This document shows, in pieces, positions 61,120 to 64,000 of a stretch of 64,000 bases of DNA. A program made the translations under genes and the position numbers. Under the pieces are notes generated by a model, which saw only the letters and a program-made list of their open reading frames with translations, had not been told where the DNA came from and did not search any database. Positions within the stretch are counted from its first letter, which is position 1; each line of letters opens with the position of its first letter. Origin of the DNA: Mobula hypostoma (Eukaryota); NCBI RefSeq assembly GCF_963921235.1, contig NC_086097.1, forward strand, positions 222,458,001-222,522,000, given 5' to 3'.

Positions 61120-61495
61120 AGAAGTTCAAAGTTCAAAGTAAATGTACTATCAAAGTATGTAAATGTCACCATATACAAACCTGAGATTTATTTTCTTGTG
61201 GGCATACTCAATAAATCCATAATAGAATAATAACCATAATAGAATCAGTGAAAGATCACAGCAACGTGGGTGTTCAGCCAGTGTGCAAAAGACAATAACC
61301 TGTGCAAACATAAAAAGAAAGAAATAATAATAAATAAATTAGCAATAAATATCAAGAACATAAGATGAAGAGTCCTTGAAAGTGAGTCCAGATGTTACGG
61401 GAAGATTTCAGTGATGGGCAAGTGGTGTAAAGTTATCCCGTTTTGGTTCAAGAGCCTGATGAATGAGGGATAATAATTGTTCTTAAACCTGGAAA
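61120..61495 (-). mobile_element. Rex1/Babar-like 3' fragment nested in L2
   Basis: aagttcaaagttcaaagtaaatgtactatcaaag tail; homologous to 42745-42945 and 46365-46700. Confidence 0.75.
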
Positions 61496-62871
61496 AGTCA
61501 GGGTAAACACAAACCAGGGAGAGGAACATTGGCTCTGCATCTTTTAGATTGTTTTTAAATTCTCTTGCTTGTTTTTAAAGCTGTTAGTGGTTTAACTGAA
61601 GTACATTACAGAATTGTTTTTGTTTTATAATCGTGCTCAAGCTCTCAGATCTTCTTCTGCTAGTATCTCAAATTTAAACAATCTCCCTCAAAAGATAATT
61701 AGCAGGTCAGCTTTTTTGAATTACAGCCCTAAACTGTGGAGTTCAATACATAAAACTATAAGGGATGCAGACTCATTTGATATTTTTAAACACCATCTCA
61801 AATCCTATATATTTAACCTTGCTTTTAACTAACATCTTTTTGTCTTTTATTTTCATATTTAATTTTATTTTTATTCTTATTTTTGTTCCATTTTCATGTT
61901 TGTACTTTTATCCCATTATAGAGCAGTTTAAACTACATCATCTGTATGAAAAGTGCTCTATAAAAAAGATATTATTATCACAGGAATCAGTCTACCCACT
62001 ATGGACTCTATCTATATTTCCCGCTGCCTCAGTAAAGCAGCCAGCATAATGAAAGACCCCACCCATCCAGACATTCTTTCTTCTCCCCTCTCCACAGTAA
62101 ATCTTGTGTGATAAGGCGAACTCTTGGCCTCACAATCTACCTTGTTATGATCTTACATTTCATTGTTTACCAGGACTACACTCTTTCGGTAGCTTTTACA
62201 CTTATTTCTGTATTGTTATTGTTTTACCTTGTTCTAGCTCAATGCTTAATGATTTGGTCTGTATTATCAGTATGCCAGACAAGCTTTCCAATGTATCCTG
62301 GTACATGTGACAATAACAAACTAATACCAATAATGAAGATGTAGTTTAATGCATTGTCATTAACTTAGCAATGCAATATACTGTGTTAATACATCTTTAG
62401 TGATACCATGAGCATATTGACACAAAGCCAGCATCAGTGCTATATCTAACTGAGGGAAATGAAACAGAAATTGCTACATTGATAATTGACAGCAGGGTCA
62501 TGATTTGTGGTCATTCATTGGGAAAGGAGATAAAAACACTGGCCATTTGCTGACACTTCAGTCACCTTTTTGATGTACTAATAACCTGCCGTTTGGTTGA
62601 AGCTAGACATGTTGTATATGTAGCAGTGGCAATCCGTTTGAGGGAAGACAGACATATCTGGTTGTTGTTAATCTAGAATTTGTGAAACAATTCTGCAGTG
62701 TAACCGCAAGTGAGATTTGTCAGTGTTTGCAAATATGGCTGGCAGCATAATAATGGTGGATGCAAATAACAGATAAATCCCTTTTTATCTTAATGCTACA
62801 TTTTATTTAATTTTATTTCACCTTTATCACAATGCATTGTTTTTGTGGTACTTGAAAAACAGCACTCAAAT

Positions 62872-63706
62872 TGTAAAGCAAACACACAAAATGCTGGAGG
62901 AGCTCAGCAGGTCAGACAGCATCTATGGAAGTAAATATGCAGTCAAGATGAGGGGAGTGGGAGAAGATTAGCTATAAAGTGGTAGGTGAAGCAAAGTGGG
63001 TGGGAAAGGCAAAGGGCTGGAGAGGAAGAAATCTGATAGGAGAGGATAGTGGACCATAGGAAAAAGGGAAGGAGGAGGGGACACGGGGGAGGTGATAGGT
63101 AGCTGAGAAGACGTAAGAGGCCAGAATTGGGAATAGAAGAAGAGGGGAGAAGGAGGTTTTTTTTACTGGAAGGAGAAATCAATATTCATGCCATCAGGTT
63201 GGAGGCTACCCAGACAGAATATAAGGTGTTGCTCCTCCATCCTGAGGGTGGCTTCATCGTGACACAAGAGGAAATGATTAACAGGCATGTCAGAATGGGA
63301 AAGGGAAATAGAATTAAAATGTTTGGCTGCCAGGATGTTCTACTTTTGGTGGATGGAATAGCGGTGCTCTTTGAAACGGTCCCCCAATATACGACGGGTC
63401 TCAGCCATGTGGTGGGGGGCTACATCAGGAGCACTGGAAAAACCATATAACCCCACCAGATAAGCAGGTGAAGTGTTGCCTCACCTGGGAGGACTATTTT
63501 TGGCCCTGAATAGAGCTGAGGGAGCAGGTGAATGGGCAGGTGTAGCACTTTGGCCTCTTGCAGGGATAAGTGCCCAGAGGGAGGTTAGTGGGACGAGAGT
63601 CATGGAAGGGGGGAGGGAGGTAAAGATATATTTGGAGGTAGGATCCTTTTGGAGGTGGCAGAAGTGGCGGAAAATGATGTGTTGGATGCAGAGGAAATCT
63701 GTGTAA
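62872..63706 (-). mobile_element. 5'-truncated Penelope-like element with hammerhead region deleted
   Basis: Collinear with 43104-44110 and 14080-14980; ORF 63494..63775 has PLGTYPCKRPKCYTCP. Confidence 0.9.
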
Positions 63707-63898
63707 GCCATCAAAAAACTTAACTTGATTACATAGGCTTACATAGAGTTTTTGCTCAGATGCTTTGATTCCCAAAGGTCTTGTACTGGAGAAACTCCTT
63801 CACAGTGTCCGTCATTTTCCAGTGCTTTATGTTCTATTGAAATCTTCACATCTGGTTTTATGATGACTGAGCAGACAGCTTTAAGTTGCTTTATGTTA

Positions 63899-64000
63899 CA
63901 TAAGACAATTAGATATAGGAGCAGAATTAAGCCATTTAGCCCATCGAGTCTGCTCTGTCGTTTCATCATGGCTGATCCAATTTTCCCTCTTAGCCCCATT
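63899..64000 (-). mobile_element. CR1 3' tail running off the window edge
   Basis: cataagac..atataggagcagaattaagccattt..catcatggctgatcc. Confidence 0.88.

Larger units (their letters stand above)
58934..61977 (+). mobile_element. L2 LINE (RT to tail), split into 58934-59691 and ~61505-61977
   Basis: ORF 58866..59282 has LLDLSAAFDTI.H and QGSCLGPLLF; YADDTQLYIS at 59219; ORF 59312..59545 MSNNFLKL; ORF 61614..61832 has AFLNYSPKLWSS; attattat tail. Confidence 0.9.
58150..62335 (+). mobile_element. Rex1/Babar LINE 3' part, split into 58150-58276, 58828-58933 and 61978-62335
   Basis: FLGVNITNNL..KKAH..LHFL; IESILS..LYG..DHKKL; then LPTMDSIYISRCLSKAASIMKDPTHP. Confidence 0.85.

Noticed and set aside
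1..64000. The many 60-200 aa ORFs in the ORF track as host or prokaryotic genes
   Set aside because: Recognisable ones are frameshifted transposon fragments or their antisense shadows. The rest are short, often start at non-ATG codons, and show no operon-like organisation.

Overview
Eukaryotic, repeat-dense, non-coding 64 kb window. The repeat content (HER1-like CR1 LINEs, HE1-like V-SINEs, abundant Penelope-like elements) suggests a cartilaginous fish, probably a ray; this is an inference. I can support no intact host gene, RNA gene or CRISPR array. Every recognisable ORF is a decayed transposon fragment: CR1 ORF1 esterase/APE/RT, L2, Rex1/Babar, RTE, Penelope RT and GIY-YIG, Ty3/Gypsy pol, hAT, Tigger and Tc1. 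Many are nested inside one another. The most interesting signal is at the RNA-structure level. (1) A ~519-bp non-coding retroposon at 24482-25000 (minus strand), flanked by target-site duplications (TSDs), folds at its 5' end into an HDV-like ribozyme with extra J1/2 and L3 domains, and the predicted cleavage site falls on the element/TSD boundary. A decayed sister copy and a second family with HDV-like topology are also present. (2) Penelope pseudo-LTRs carry minimal hammerhead motifs, including an 886-bp fold-back insertion with 12-bp TSDs and one intact and one mutated hammerhead facing each other. Ribozyme activity is predicted from manual base-pairing only. Family names come from motif recognition, not database searches, and boundaries of old repeats are approximate.
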